Positions 27,340 to 46,638 of a stretch of 64,000 nt of DNA are shown piece by piece. The position numbers and the translations under genes are program-made. How positions within the stretch are numbered: position 1 is the stretch's first letter; the number at the start of each line of letters is the position of its first letter. The notes under the pieces were generated by a model. The model was not told where the DNA came from. It saw only the letters and a list, made by a program, of their open reading frames with translations, and ran no database searches. Origin of the DNA: Eledone cirrhosa (taxonomy: Eukaryota); NCBI GenBank assembly GCA_964016885.1, contig OZ024740.1, positions 139,314,001-139,378,000 of the forward strand. The letters run 5' to 3'.

Positions 27340-29720
27340 ATAATAATTTCTTTATTGGCCACTAGTGCTGAAACTTAAAGGACAATACAAAAACAGGGAC
27401 AACGGAGATTTATATAAAACATGTAAAAAACGATAACAGGTAACAATAACGTTTCAAAATAGGGGAGTACAACCCACGGGTAACTTAGTATCTCCACAGA
27501 CCTTAAGCCACCCTAATCTGCAAGAGCACCATCGGAATGTGCCCCTCACTTCACAAAACTCTCCAGCCTACTGGTGCATGATCGGAGTAGACCCATTCAC
27601 TCAGGCGTTCATCGCTACATTCAGCCACTTTTTACAAATGTATTGGAGAAAACCACTTCTTTTTCCACCCTCACCCTCCTTTCCAAGTAGAACTTGGAAA
27701 GGTTGATGAAAGTTTAACCGAAGAGGAACGTCTCTTTCAGTCTTTTCAGATCACTGACCGCATTGTCTGACTGGAAAAAGGTTGTTAGCACTTGACAACA
27801 GTTTGGGAATATCTGGAACTACCGTAGCCTCAGGGCATGTTTGCGAATCATCAACCACGGCATGACCAGTCTTCCGCGTAGAGGGTATTGGCCGCAGGTA
27901 GACTGCCTCGTCAGTGGAACCAGTCCTTTCTACAAAAAGTTGAAGAGCAGGCGCTCCAATTTGGCGAGGTGTGAACGGGGACAAAGCACGACGGTCAAGC
28001 GATAATAAATGACGGATGTGATGTATGCCTTCGCCATCTCTACCCGACCTTTCAGAGATAGTTTCCTCTCGGCCAATTCCTTGGTGAGAGTAGCCACCCT
28101 GCTCGTTATCTCGTCCCAATTTTTATCCACCTAGAAGTCTGAACAAAAGCAGACCCCGAGCTACTCCATCAGTCCGTCCAGCGTCCGAACACGCTGTTGA
28201 ACGGGATGAATTTGCCTCTTCAGGTGTCGAGCTACAAACTAACTGACGTTTCTGGGTTAATCTTTCAGATTCCTCTAAGAAGTTGCCGACCACCTCAAAT
28301 CCTGAGGTGTTCGACACTATCACGGTGATGTCATCCGCATATGCTGACGCAGCCCTTCCACATCCTAGTTCGGGCGGGATGCACTGCAACAGCTCCAGCT
28401 TCCGCAGTAGTGGGTTGAGAGTCTACGTACCGATTGAAGGAGTCAGGGTATCCTTGACGGGCCGAGCGTGTCATCTGGAATGGTTCCGATAGGTGGTTAT
28501 TTACTTTGACCACTGAGCAGATGCTCCTGTGCGTTGCAGAGATCAAGCCTGTGAAGACGGAATCGAATCCGGCTGACTTGAGGACAGCCTTCAGGTATCG
28601 ATGGTCGACCCTATCAAAACAGAGCCCCCCGAGGTCAGGTTTGCTCACTACGTTCTTTATGATGTATTGCATGAAGTGGAGGTTGTCGTGTATGGATATG
28701 GTCCTGATTGCGTATGTAAGCGCCTCCCCTACCAGTTTTGACGACAAGCGCCGAACTCTTCGCTTACACCTTGGCCAAAATCTTAAATTCTGTGTTTAGC
28801 AGCGATATGGGCCGGAAATTATCTATAACGTCCCCCTTGTTCTCATATTTTTTCTGAACTGGAATTTTTAACGTTCTGTTGCCAGTTGCAGCAGACGGCT
28901 TCAAGTACATCAGAGAACAAATCTGTAATGTCTACGCAAAGGTCATAGGGCACACCATCCAAACCGAGCGATTTGCACATCGTACAGCGGGCAGGGCTCC
29001 CTGCATCCCAGCTGCTGTTATCGGCTTTTCGTAGCACACCGCATCAGTCGCCGAGAGTCGCGACAAGCCGTCTAGGTAGGAACTGTATTCTGCCACTGTT
29101 TCCGATTCTATTCTAATCACTCATTCGAGAGCGCCCCATCACCTGTTGTTGACGACTGCTCCTGTCAACTGGTGTTTAACTAATCTGTTAATCAGGTCGC
29201 TGTAAATTTTACGCAACGGGAACCTCGCGGTAAGCTATGTCCCTGTCTACGAGTTCTATGTACGCCGATCATGCAGGTTATGAATTTGTGGTCTGAATAG
29301 GTGACAGTTTGAAATTATGGACACCCTATGCTATCCCTATCTAAATACGATCTAGATGATTCCAGTCAATTGCTCCAGGTCCACACTGGCGCATTCGGGA
29401 AATCTAGTTGGTACCTGGCAGTCAGTTGGAATTGCCTGATCAGGTTCAGCTTTTTCACACCCCACCTCTATCAGCTACCCCAACACAGTCCCAGCGTGTG
29501 TCTAAGGTGCCATTCCAGTTCGCCGTTAACACTAAAAAGTGAAACTTTCCTAGAAAATCTTCTAGACGCCTGAAGAAATCCAGCTACCCTAACCAAGTCG
29601 GCTGCAAGACTAAAAGCACTACCTTTGCTATTGCTCACATCCAGGACCACAAATGTACCGTTCGGGCCCAGGAAGATCGTCTGTTTCTCGAAATCCAGGC
29701 CTTTCTAAACAGTGCTGCAA
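27340..29720 (-). mobile_element. Degenerate L1/Tx1-like LINE (RT fragments, probable APE remnant upstream)
   Basis: GLDGVPY, SIHDNLH, FDRVDHRYL, SARQG, SAYADDITV, KLSLKGRVE; AATAAA and (TTA)n at the 3' end (~27345). Confidence 0.85.
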
Positions 29721-32700
29721 GGACTACAATCGTTCCAATCTCTTCCGCCGCTATAATCAGTACCACTATTATTTCTATTACCACCACTGTATGGAACACA
29801 AATTGCAATTAGAGTCTGGTTTTATATCATTATGCAAACCATCACCGTACCAACACAAAATACATTGGTTTTCTCTGGGAGTAGAGACAGAAGATGTTTG
29901 TCATTCTTTTGACAATGTAGTCAGTAGATAACTTGCTTCCTGGTATCCAGGTGACAGCATGAGTGAAGTAAAAAAACGATAACAGAAAAAAAGAAAAAAG
30001 TAAATATATATTTAGTTATTTATTTATGTATTTTCCGGTTAGTATGACGGTGCACGGTTTAGTGCTTAAAGTATTCGGCTCACAAGCCTAAGGTTGTGAC
30101 TTCGATTCTTGGTGAGTCTTTGAGTAAAACACTATATTTCATGCTGCTCCAATTCACTCACTGAGTTCGGCTTGTAATCTAAAGGGCCAGTCTTGTCACA
30201 GTCAGTTTTAATCACCTTATAAGGTTTAGACTTTTGTCGATTCAAACGACAAATATTCCAGCAGCTCGATCAATACAACAAACCCGGTCGTGAAATTATT
30301 GTGCCATTGGCGGAGCAATCCACAGACACATATATCTTTAAAGTAGTTCTCAGGGAGATTCAGCGTGATGTAATAGATGACAAGGCTGGTCCTTTGAAAT
30401 AGAATGGCAACTGAGTGAACTGGAGCAACGTGAAATAAATTGCCTTGCTCAAGAATACAACGTGTCGCGGAGAATTGACCTCATCGTCGTGAGCCGAATA
30501 CCTAACCAGTAAGCCACATGCCTTCACCGGAAAATGAAGTTATTTTCTGATTATTTGTATGTAATTTCCCGGCTCAGAATGCCGAAAGAATTTTTGTGGG
30601 AAACGTATTTTACTTGGAAAGGCGGAGATAAAAATGTGAGATGTAGCGGAATGCTAGCAAGTAAATTTAAACAAAATGGCGTCTCACTTGCTATAATTGG
30701 GTAAATGCGTTTGTAGTTGTTCTGGTTGTGGCTGAGGTTGTGTTGAATTGTGGTTATGGGAAATCTGTGGTAAAAGTGGTGGTATTAGTGGTAGTTTCTC
30801 TGCTAGCTGCTGGGTAATGGTGGTAGTGCTGATGGTGTTGTGGGTAATTCTTTTGGATGTCGTTATGCAGTTTGATTCCAGGTGCGAGCATGTGAGGTAT
30901 ACGGAAACAGAAGGGAGACAGATTATTTATTTATTTAATTATTTATTTTTTAGCAGGTGGCCTGCCCCATTGTTGTGTGGTTAAATGCTTGGGAACCACT
31001 TTTTTGAATTAAGACTTAACATGTAAACGGGAATGTATAAATAAAATATATGCCAGCTCTATTTTTTTCTACTTGAAATCATCTCAAGAAAACCCATAGA
31101 CTGCTTTTAGATTAGCGGAAAGGGCATTGTATTCTTGTAACCTCCTATGGAAGTGTGAAATAATGTTGATAATCAATCTAATAGTGTGACAAAAATCAAC
31201 TTGCAAATCCCATTAATAGGATGACACATTTTTGTTTTGTTTTTGTTTAGAGAAGTTGTTTCTGTTGTTGTGTAGCAATAGGCAATCCCTGGTTGAGCAG
31301 TCAATCATTGATCAATCTGGGAGTGAATTAGCAAAGTCGTTAGAGCGTGGGACAAAAAGTCATGCATTAATTGTATCTCCCTATACTCTGAATTCAAATT
31401 TCACAAACATCCATATTTTCCTTCATATTTTCGAGTTCGAAAAAATAAAGTACAAGTAGAATTGTTAGATCGCTGGACGAGTTGTCTTGCAGCATATGCC
31501 CGGACTCTTTGCGTTCCTAGTTTTCTTGACAACTCTTCAGGTTGTTGTTATTGTTGTTATTGTTCTTCTTTAGTCCTCCGTTAGCCGTGAATATTTTCTT
31601 TCTAAATGTGAGATTTGGCTGTTATTTCTAACAAGTCGAGTTACTAGGTAGAAGCTCCTTTTTTGGCTTATTTGGTGGAGCTGTTATTGTTTTGTCTGAA
31701 TTTAACCCTAACTGCACACACATATCGTCAAAAATATTTTAATCGAGCCCACTCGACGATTTAGATATACAAGAAGCACAGTACCACATTATCCAATGTG
31801 TTCCTACAAAAAGAACTAAAAAGATGACAGGGTGTGATTTGAGAATGGTTTAGCAGCTATTTCTTGCTGATTTAAAAACTACGTTGATTTTCTTCTGTCG
31901 GCAAAAAGTTTAAGAAAGATGAATTTCAGATAAAATACCTCCAAATGAAATTTACTACGAAAATAGCAGAATGACATATATTTCGCCACCACCGTCACAT
32001 GAAGTGTTTGGGTTGCTACGGTTACGGTTCACATCCAACTTACCATATTTCATTATCATTGCGTAGTATGAGACTTCAGGATCACGTAGACCTACATAGC
32101 GGTGATAGTGAGAAGTTGTGGTGCTGAAATTGCAAACGGGGATGTGAATGTACACGTATCTCACTCTAAAACGACGCGATGGTTGAATATCTCTGCACAG
32201 TCAGTAACAAAAATGAAATGAAATTTACAGCTAACATCTATGTAGGTTTAACTGACCTCCTACGAGGTTGTATCTCTAAGACGTTTATTGGCTGTTTTAA
32301 TTATAGGTCTTTAGTCTTATCATAAAAAACAACTACGTGAACTGAAGTAACATGCTTAAGAACATAACGCACCACCTGGTCCAGGAATCGAAACCAAAAG
32401 TCTATTATGATCTATGACACTCTAACCACTAAACCACGTGTCTTTACTGTCAGGACTAACCAGGGGCTAAACAACAATAAGAAACATAAACAATATGGAG
32501 ATGGTTATTTTAACTGTCTAACCGTTGTCAATCGTGTGAAAAAAATGTCTCCCCTTGTAAATTTTAACACCGTTGATTGAAACATAGTAATCAGTCATGT
32601 CAGCCAATTGGTATAATGACATACAGCATGCACATGGTATAAAAGCAACGTTCTCTCTCTTTTGACACTTCACACAAATAAACGTAAACACATGTAACAG

Positions 32701-32881
32701 CGTATAGACATATATGCACGCATGAATAGGAAGTGATATTACAAAAGACACTGAAAATATCCCCTCCCCCCACATGTATAGACACTTGTACTTCAACACT
32801 CTAGTTTCATGCTTTTAACATCTATGTATGCACTCTTTTCTTCCTTTATTCCTTTGGTGACCTATGTATATATACACACAC

Positions 32882-32921
<40 letters not shown>

Positions 32922-33072
32922 GTGTGTGTATATATACATACGTTTGTTCGAATTCATATGAATCCAGTTCCTCAGAGGAATAACAACCCAACCAGGAGCT
33001 GGACATATCGGAGTATTGATGGAGTAAAACACTTCAACAACATGTGTACCTGTCTCTACCACACCAATTCGG

Positions 33073-33127
33073 ACTGCCTAAAAAGGTCACAGCCAATGAT
33101 GGCTGTCACCGAAATATATATAGCAGT
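33073..33127 (+). ncRNA. Decayed type I hammerhead ribozyme related to 13094-13149
   Basis: ACUGC-CUAAAAA(G5A,G8A)-GGUCACAGCCA AUGA UGGCUGUCACC-GAAA-UAUAUA-UA-GCAGU. Confidence 0.6.
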
Positions 33128-33204
33128 ACATCTTTAATAAACGAAGCCAAATTTTAAATATTTGACTTAATTATTTTATATATATATATATATATAATAT
33201 TAAT

Positions 33205-33742
33205 GATACTATTTATGGTTATGTATATATTAAAACTTTTTATAGTTATGTATATTTTAAACCCTAAAAAGTGAAGGTCAGTAATTTATTACTACCTTAT
33301 TACCAGTAAGATAAATAGCTCAATGTAATAACCTCAGTTGTTCTACAGAGCAGTTATATAGAATTCACAAGAATCAAAGCTATGTTCAAAGCATTTATTC
33401 ACTTACAATTGTTTCATCCAAACCTAGGCTTGGATTCTTCGGAGTATTTTTCAATGTTTGTACACATAATTGACCTCCTTTCCAACGCAAGAGACATACA
33501 GATACATATATATATATTGATGTACAATGGAGTGACATATATTATACTATACTATTTTTGTACAGCAATTCAAATTCAAAATCAAAATAAAAATTAAAAT
33601 AAAATTCATGTCTCTTGCGTTGGAAAGGAGGTCAATTATGTGTACAAACATTGAAAAATGCTCCGAAGACTCCAAGCCTAGGTTTGGATGAAACATTGTA
33701 AGTGAATAAATGCTTTGAACATAGCTTTGATTCTTGTGAATT

Positions 33743-33743
<1 letters not shown>
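33205..33743. mobile_element. PLE-like non-autonomous element in inverted/direct/inverted arrangement with two HHR-like motifs (33398-33448 minus, 33657-33706 plus)
   Basis: 33205-33312 is the reverse complement of 21718-21830; 33362-33608 matches 21434-21670; 33609-33743 is the reverse complement of 33362-33495. Confidence 0.7.
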
Positions 33744-38027
<4,284 letters not shown>

Positions 38028-38468
38028 AGACAACTGAATTCATTCGCCTAAGATAAGTGTTGCCTCCCTTGCTGAACTCCACGTGGGATCAGTAATAGTC
38101 ACACTTATGTATAGCATTTTGACCAAAAACCCGTTGATAACACGGCTGCCTTGTTCAATCATCTTACCAGAAGCCTAACATTCTTTATGTAGGCGGACAG
38201 TACCTGATTTATGGAGTCGCAGAAACCCAAATACTGGATTTTACCAACCACCCAGGGGTCCGGGTAAATTTTCAATCACATATTTTTATTGTTTGACCCG
38301 AATTACTTGGTCGTTTATTTTGGCAGTGCGGATGATTTGTTTAACCACCATCTCAGCGTGTTTGGCCCTTAACGTATGTTGTAGCTCTGATTCATATGAA
38401 TCATCGAGCGCTTGCCACACATCTCGGAAGTTGATTTTCGTTAATTCCTGAGCCGAAGTACGATTCTC

Positions 38469-38504
<36 letters not shown>

Positions 38505-38662
38505 TCAGCGAGAATCGTATTTCGGCTGGTAGAAAAAGCGAAACGAAACGCAAAATCGTAGAAATGCTGGCAAGTGTTCCAAACTAGAAGAAAACTAGAG
38601 CTAAACAATATGTTTAGCTCTAGTTTATATATATATATATATATAAACTAGAGCTAAACATA

Positions 38663-38721
<59 letters not shown>

Positions 38722-38725
<4 letters not shown>

Positions 38726-38865
38726 CACTGGAAGGTAATATCCATAGTGGTAGAGCACTCAGTCCATGGGACGAGTTAGGTAGAAGTGGTAACACAACAG
38801 TTAGTTCACCATATCGAGAACAATTATACATATATATATATAAAATAGTTTACCATATCGAGAAC

Positions 38866-38870
<5 letters not shown>
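38722..38870. mobile_element. Short dispersed element in TA microsatellite (fold-back copy at 51804-51935)
   Basis: ACTGGAAGGTAATAT...GAGCACTCAGTCCATGGGACGAGTTAGGTAGAAGTGG...ACAACAGTTAGTTCACCAT is inverted at 51848-51935. Confidence 0.75.
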
Positions 38871-38940
<70 letters not shown>

Positions 38941-38984
38941 GTGTATAAACAAAATTAGAATTTTATTTCTCGCCCTAGCATACT

Positions 38985-39046
<62 letters not shown>

Positions 39047-39319
39047 AGAACTCTCTTTAGTAGAACCTTAATCGTAACTTCCATAACAAAGGTGTCGAAC
39101 TGACGACCTGCCGAAATAACAATTTACCTAGCAAAACGCGCCCATTCGACAGATGAAAATGTTGTGAATTTAACTAAATTTTGTATATCCCTCGGACTGA
39201 GTGCTTTGCCAACTTTGGATTTATGTTTTTTTTTACGAAATTACCTACACTGCACAGCTGCATCAGTGGTTTAAATACCATAATACGTAAAATGTTTACA
39301 TAAATATTTATGTATGTAT

Positions 39320-39995
39320 GTATGTTCTTCTGGTTTTATAATTTCACAAATTTTTGCCAATAGAGAGAGTCGGTTTCTAACATAGACACAATATCTCACA
39401 TTTGAGTTTACACAACATCAACTAGGTAGATATGTATGCATGTCTGCATGCATGTGTAGATATGGATGTTATTGTATGTGTGGATGTGGATGATGTGAGT
39501 TGTATGTGTATATGCTTAGTATTTGTACATGTGTATATGCAGTTATTAGATGCAAAATTTTTGGAATGTTTTACATATTTTTACTGTTCCGTTAATGGAT
39601 TGTACTTGTAATTTCTTAACTAGTTGTGTTCTTTTGTTCCTGTGAAGCCCAGCTTCTCAAGATTTGTATTGAGGCAATTACTAACATATCACCGTGCCCC
39701 AATAATCACAGGCATAAATCTGAAGGTGTAATCAGGGTGGAATATCTGCAGATTTCTCATAAGTTCTGCATAAATATTCTCCTTTTCGCTAATCTTTGAT
39801 ATTATATTGGCATCTGCTGGCAGCTAACTTCCACTACTGTGCATGCTTTCTTCTCCCTGTCCCATATCATAATATCTGGTCTGTTATGCCTGCATTTTAT
39901 TGGGGTTTTTACTGGAACATTCCACCAGTACTCTTTCATATTATATATATGTATGTCTTCCACAATGCTGTAGCTTTTAATGTGTTTATTATCGG
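39320..39995 (-). mobile_element. 3' fragment of an RLE-type non-LTR retrotransposon
   Basis: EYWWNVPVKTPIKCRHNRPDIMIWDREKKACTVVEVSC (PD..(D/E) nuclease motif); 3' UTR shared with 19480-19790. Confidence 0.8.
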
Positions 39996-40026
39996 GGCTA
40001 CATACACACATACATACACACATATA

Positions 40027-40072
<46 letters not shown>

Positions 40073-40437
40073 CATACATACATACATACATACATACGTA
40101 CACACATACATATAATTAAGAGCGAGTGTGAGTGTCTGAGTATGTATAGTCAATGTCTCCATTTTACACAAATATTCATCCTTAAAAAAATAACAAGCCC
40201 CTTCAATATATGTATAAATCTTTCTATCTACCTCACAGTTCCACTGCACTCTCCAGACTGTGACTATCTAGATTACATTTTCACGCCATAGGGGTGCTAG
40301 TTTAACTAAGTTCACCCTTCATGTTAATAGCCTTGGCCAGTAAGGAAACACTAAATTTACTAGAGGGTACAAGTGTGTTTATGTTAGTTTGAAATTATAT
40401 TATAGAAGAATATACAAACACACACACACACACACAC

Positions 40438-40488
<51 letters not shown>

Positions 40489-40517
40489 TGTGTGCGTGTG
40501 TGTATTTGCATACAGAG

Positions 40518-40881
40518 CGTACATTCATATATACATCGCTATTTCAGAGCACCAACACAATTTTCGAATTGATGCTGGGCTGGCAACTGCTCTGTATGTA
40601 AATGAGTTTCAACAGATCATAAACATAATTGGATTTCTATAAGAATCCAGCTTCTATAGCTTACAAAAATGCGAAGGGATATATAGCGTTGACAATCACA
40701 AAAAGTAAGAAAAATATGCGTCGGTTATTTCCCTTTGTTTTTGCTGACTGAAGCTAGGTATGTGACGTAAGTGACTACCTTAAATTCACAGCGAAAGGCA
40801 TTCAAAATGTTTTTAAATAAACATACAGTATATTACTAAATATACAATACGTACATTGATATATACATCGCTATTTCAGAG
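40518..40881 (+). mobile_element. Decayed 332-bp relative of the 310-bp ribozyme repeat (one unit plus ~32-bp terminal redundancy)
   Basis: CGTACATT(C/G)ATATATACATCGCTATTTCAGAG at 40518 and 40850; shares ATCGCTATTTCAGAGC, GGCAAC(T/C)GCTCT and CAAAATGTTT..AAACATACAG with the array. Confidence 0.7.
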
Positions 40882-41429
40882 TATATATATATATATACCA
40901 CCACCAGTCCACTCTCAAGAGCGTGAAATTAATAAACATTCGTTGTACTGCCTCTCTGTTTTGTTCCTGTTCATATTTTCCATTGTATATATATATATAT
41001 ATATATATATCCAGGGAGTGTAACTTGGATTTACTGTAGGTTCACCCGGGTGAGCACTCGATATTTAGGTTCAGTTCGGTGTCGAGATGTAGAGCTAAAC
41101 AGAGTGTATTATAGTGAAAAGAGATAACAAGGACGATTGGTTACTCTTTCATTACGTTATTGGTTGGTGACGCGCGTTTCACCACTGATTAGCTCAAGGT
41201 TCGATCTGTATCGAATTGACTCGATGTATATTGCACTTTTCCATTACCATTACAAGGGGGGTCTTACGAGCCGCGGGATTACAGAGTCAGGTCAGAGCGA
41301 GACAGATCGATACAGATCGAGAGCCTTGAGCTGTTAGCCGGGGCTCAAACAATTGTTGAGGTTGGTTGGTGATTAGTTCGCGGAGGGGGTGAAGATGGCT
41401 AGTGGGTGATCTTATTTAGTATTTAGATA

Positions 41430-43289
<1,860 letters not shown>

Positions 43290-45482
43290 TTCAGAGCATT
43301 TATTCCAATTTCTAATTTCTGCCGGACCGGCAACCGCTCTTTCAAACCAGTTCCTGTACACAGCTAAGTATTCTATAAGTCTCTAGCTGTGTCATTCTCG
43401 ATAGAAGCACTGGATATGTAGTCCTGAAGATTTCTAATAAGAATGAAAACGCGTAGATTACTTCCCTTGCTTTTATCGAGAATCTAATTGTAATACGTGA
43501 CGTATTCTATTCTATAGCGATTAGGTCCTCAAAATGTTTATTATAAACATACAGAATATTTTCGAATATTCTATGTCTATATTCACATATATATCGCTAT
43601 TTCAGAGCATTTATTCCAATTTCTAATTTCTGCCGGACCGGCAACCGCTCTTTCAAACCAGTTCCTGTACACAGCTAAGTATTCTATAAGTCTCTAGCTG
43701 TGTCATTCTCGATAGAAGCACTGGATATGTAGTCCTGAAGATTTCTAATAAGAATGAAACGCGTAGATTACTTCCCTTGCTTTTATCGAGAATCTAATTG
43801 TAATACGTGACGTATTCTATTCTATAGCGATTAGGTCCTCAAAATGTTTATTATAAACATACAGAATATTTTCGAATATTCTATGTCTATATTCACATAT
43901 ATATCGCTATTTCAGAGCATTTATTCCAATTTCTAATTTCTGCCGGACCGGCAACCGCTCTTTCAAACCAGTTCCTGTACACAGCTAAGTATTCTATAAG
44001 TCTCTAGCTGTGTCATTCTCGATAGAAGCACTGGATATGTAGTCCTGAAGATTTCTAATAAGAATGAAACGCGTAGATTACTTCCCTTGCTTTTATCGAG
44101 AATCTAATTGTAATACGTGACGTATTCTATTCTATAGCGATTAGGTCCTCAAAATGTTTATTATAAACATACAGAATATTTTCGAATATTCTATGTCTAT
44201 ATTCACATATATATCGCTATTTCAGAGCATTTATTCCAATTTCTAATTTCTGCCGGACCGGCAACCGCTCTTTCAAACCAGTTCCTGTACACAGCTAAGT
44301 ATTCTATAAGTCTCTAGCTGTGTCATTCTCGATAGAAGCACTGGATATGTAGTCCTGAAGATTTCTAATAAGAATGAAACGCGTAGATTACTTCCCTTGC
44401 TTTTATCGAGAATCTAATTGTAATACGTGACGTATTCTATTCTATAGCGATTAGGTCCTCAAAATGTTTATTATAAACATACAGAATATTTTCGAATATC
44501 CTATGTCTATATTCACATATATATCGCTATTTCAGAGCATTTATTCCAATTTCTAATTTCTGCCGGACCGGCAACCGCTCTTTCAAACCAGTTCCTGTAC
44601 ACAGCTAAGTATTCTATAAGTCTCTAGCTGTGTCATTCTCGATAGAAGCACTGGATATGTAGTCCTGAAGATTTCTAATAAGAATGAAACGCGTAGATTA
44701 CTTCCCTTGCTTTTATCGAGAATCTAATTGTAATACGTGACGTATTCTATTCTATAGCGATTAGGTCCTCAAAATGTTTATTATAAACATACAGAATATT
44801 TTCGAATATTCTATGTCTATATTCACATATATATCGCTATTTCAGAGCATTTATTCCAATTTCTAATTTCTGCCGAACCGGCAACCGCTCTTTCAAACCA
44901 GTTCCTGTACACAGCTAAGTATTCTATAAGTCTCTAGCTGTGTCATTCTCGATAGAAGCACTGGATATGTAGTCCTGAAGATTTCTAATAAGAATGAAAC
45001 GCGTAGATTACTTCCCTTGCTTTTATCGAGAATCTAATTGTAATACGTGACGTATTCTATTCTATAGCGATTAGGTCCTCAAAATGTTTATTATAAACAT
45101 ACAGAATATTTTCGAATATTCTATGTCTATATTCACATATATATCGCTATTTCAGAGCATTTATTCCAATTTCTAATTTCTGCCGGACCGGCAACCGCTC
45201 TTTCAAACCAGTTCCTGTACACAGCTAAGTATTCTATAAGTCTCTAGCTGTGTCATTCTCGATAGAAGCACTGGATATGTAGTCCTGAAGATTTCTAATA
45301 AGAATGAAACGCGTAGATTACTTCCCTTGCTTTTATCGAGAATCTAATTGTAATACGTGACGTATTCTATTCTATAGCGATTAGGTCCTCAAAATGTTTA
45401 TTATAAACATACAGAATATTTTCGAATATTCTATGTCTATATTCACATATATATCGCTATTTCAGAGCATTTATTCCAATTT
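43290..45482 (+). mobile_element. Tandem array of 7 x 310 bp (+22 bp) hammerhead-containing units; retrozyme-like
   Basis: TTCAGAGCAT recurs at 43290, 43601, 43911, 44221, 44531, 44841, 45151, 45461; only three differences noticed among copies; no ORF. Confidence 0.9.
43729..43771 (+). ncRNA. Minimal type I hammerhead ribozyme (also 43418-43461 with an extra A, 44039-44081, 44349-44391, 44659-44701, 44969-45011, 45279-45321)
   Basis: GUAGUC-CUGAAGA-UUUCU AAUA AGAAU-GAAA-CGCG-UA^GAUUAC; 6-bp stem I with one G-U; palindromic ACGCGU stem III; predicted cleavage after A43765. Confidence 0.88.
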
Positions 45483-46539
<1,057 letters not shown>

Positions 46540-46606
46540 AGACAAAAAATAAATTGGTGAGAAAAAACACTCGTGCGTATTCATTCGGCCATCTGAATTC
46601 AATATA

Positions 46607-46638
<32 letters not shown>

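Noticed and set aside
30670-30710. YY1-like CAAAATGGCG promoter or first exon (similar word at 46802)
   Set aside because: A single short motif with no supporting CpG-rich context or ORF
40110-40300. Very short Helitron ending CACGCCATAGGGGTG-CTAG
   Set aside because: Weak hairpin directly adjacent to CTAG and no identifiable 5' TC end or second copy
43290-45482. CRISPR array or plain satellite interpretation of the 310-bp repeats
   Set aside because: Units are identical throughout with no unique spacers, there are no cas genes, and the context is eukaryotic; the ribozyme core and fold argue against plain satellite
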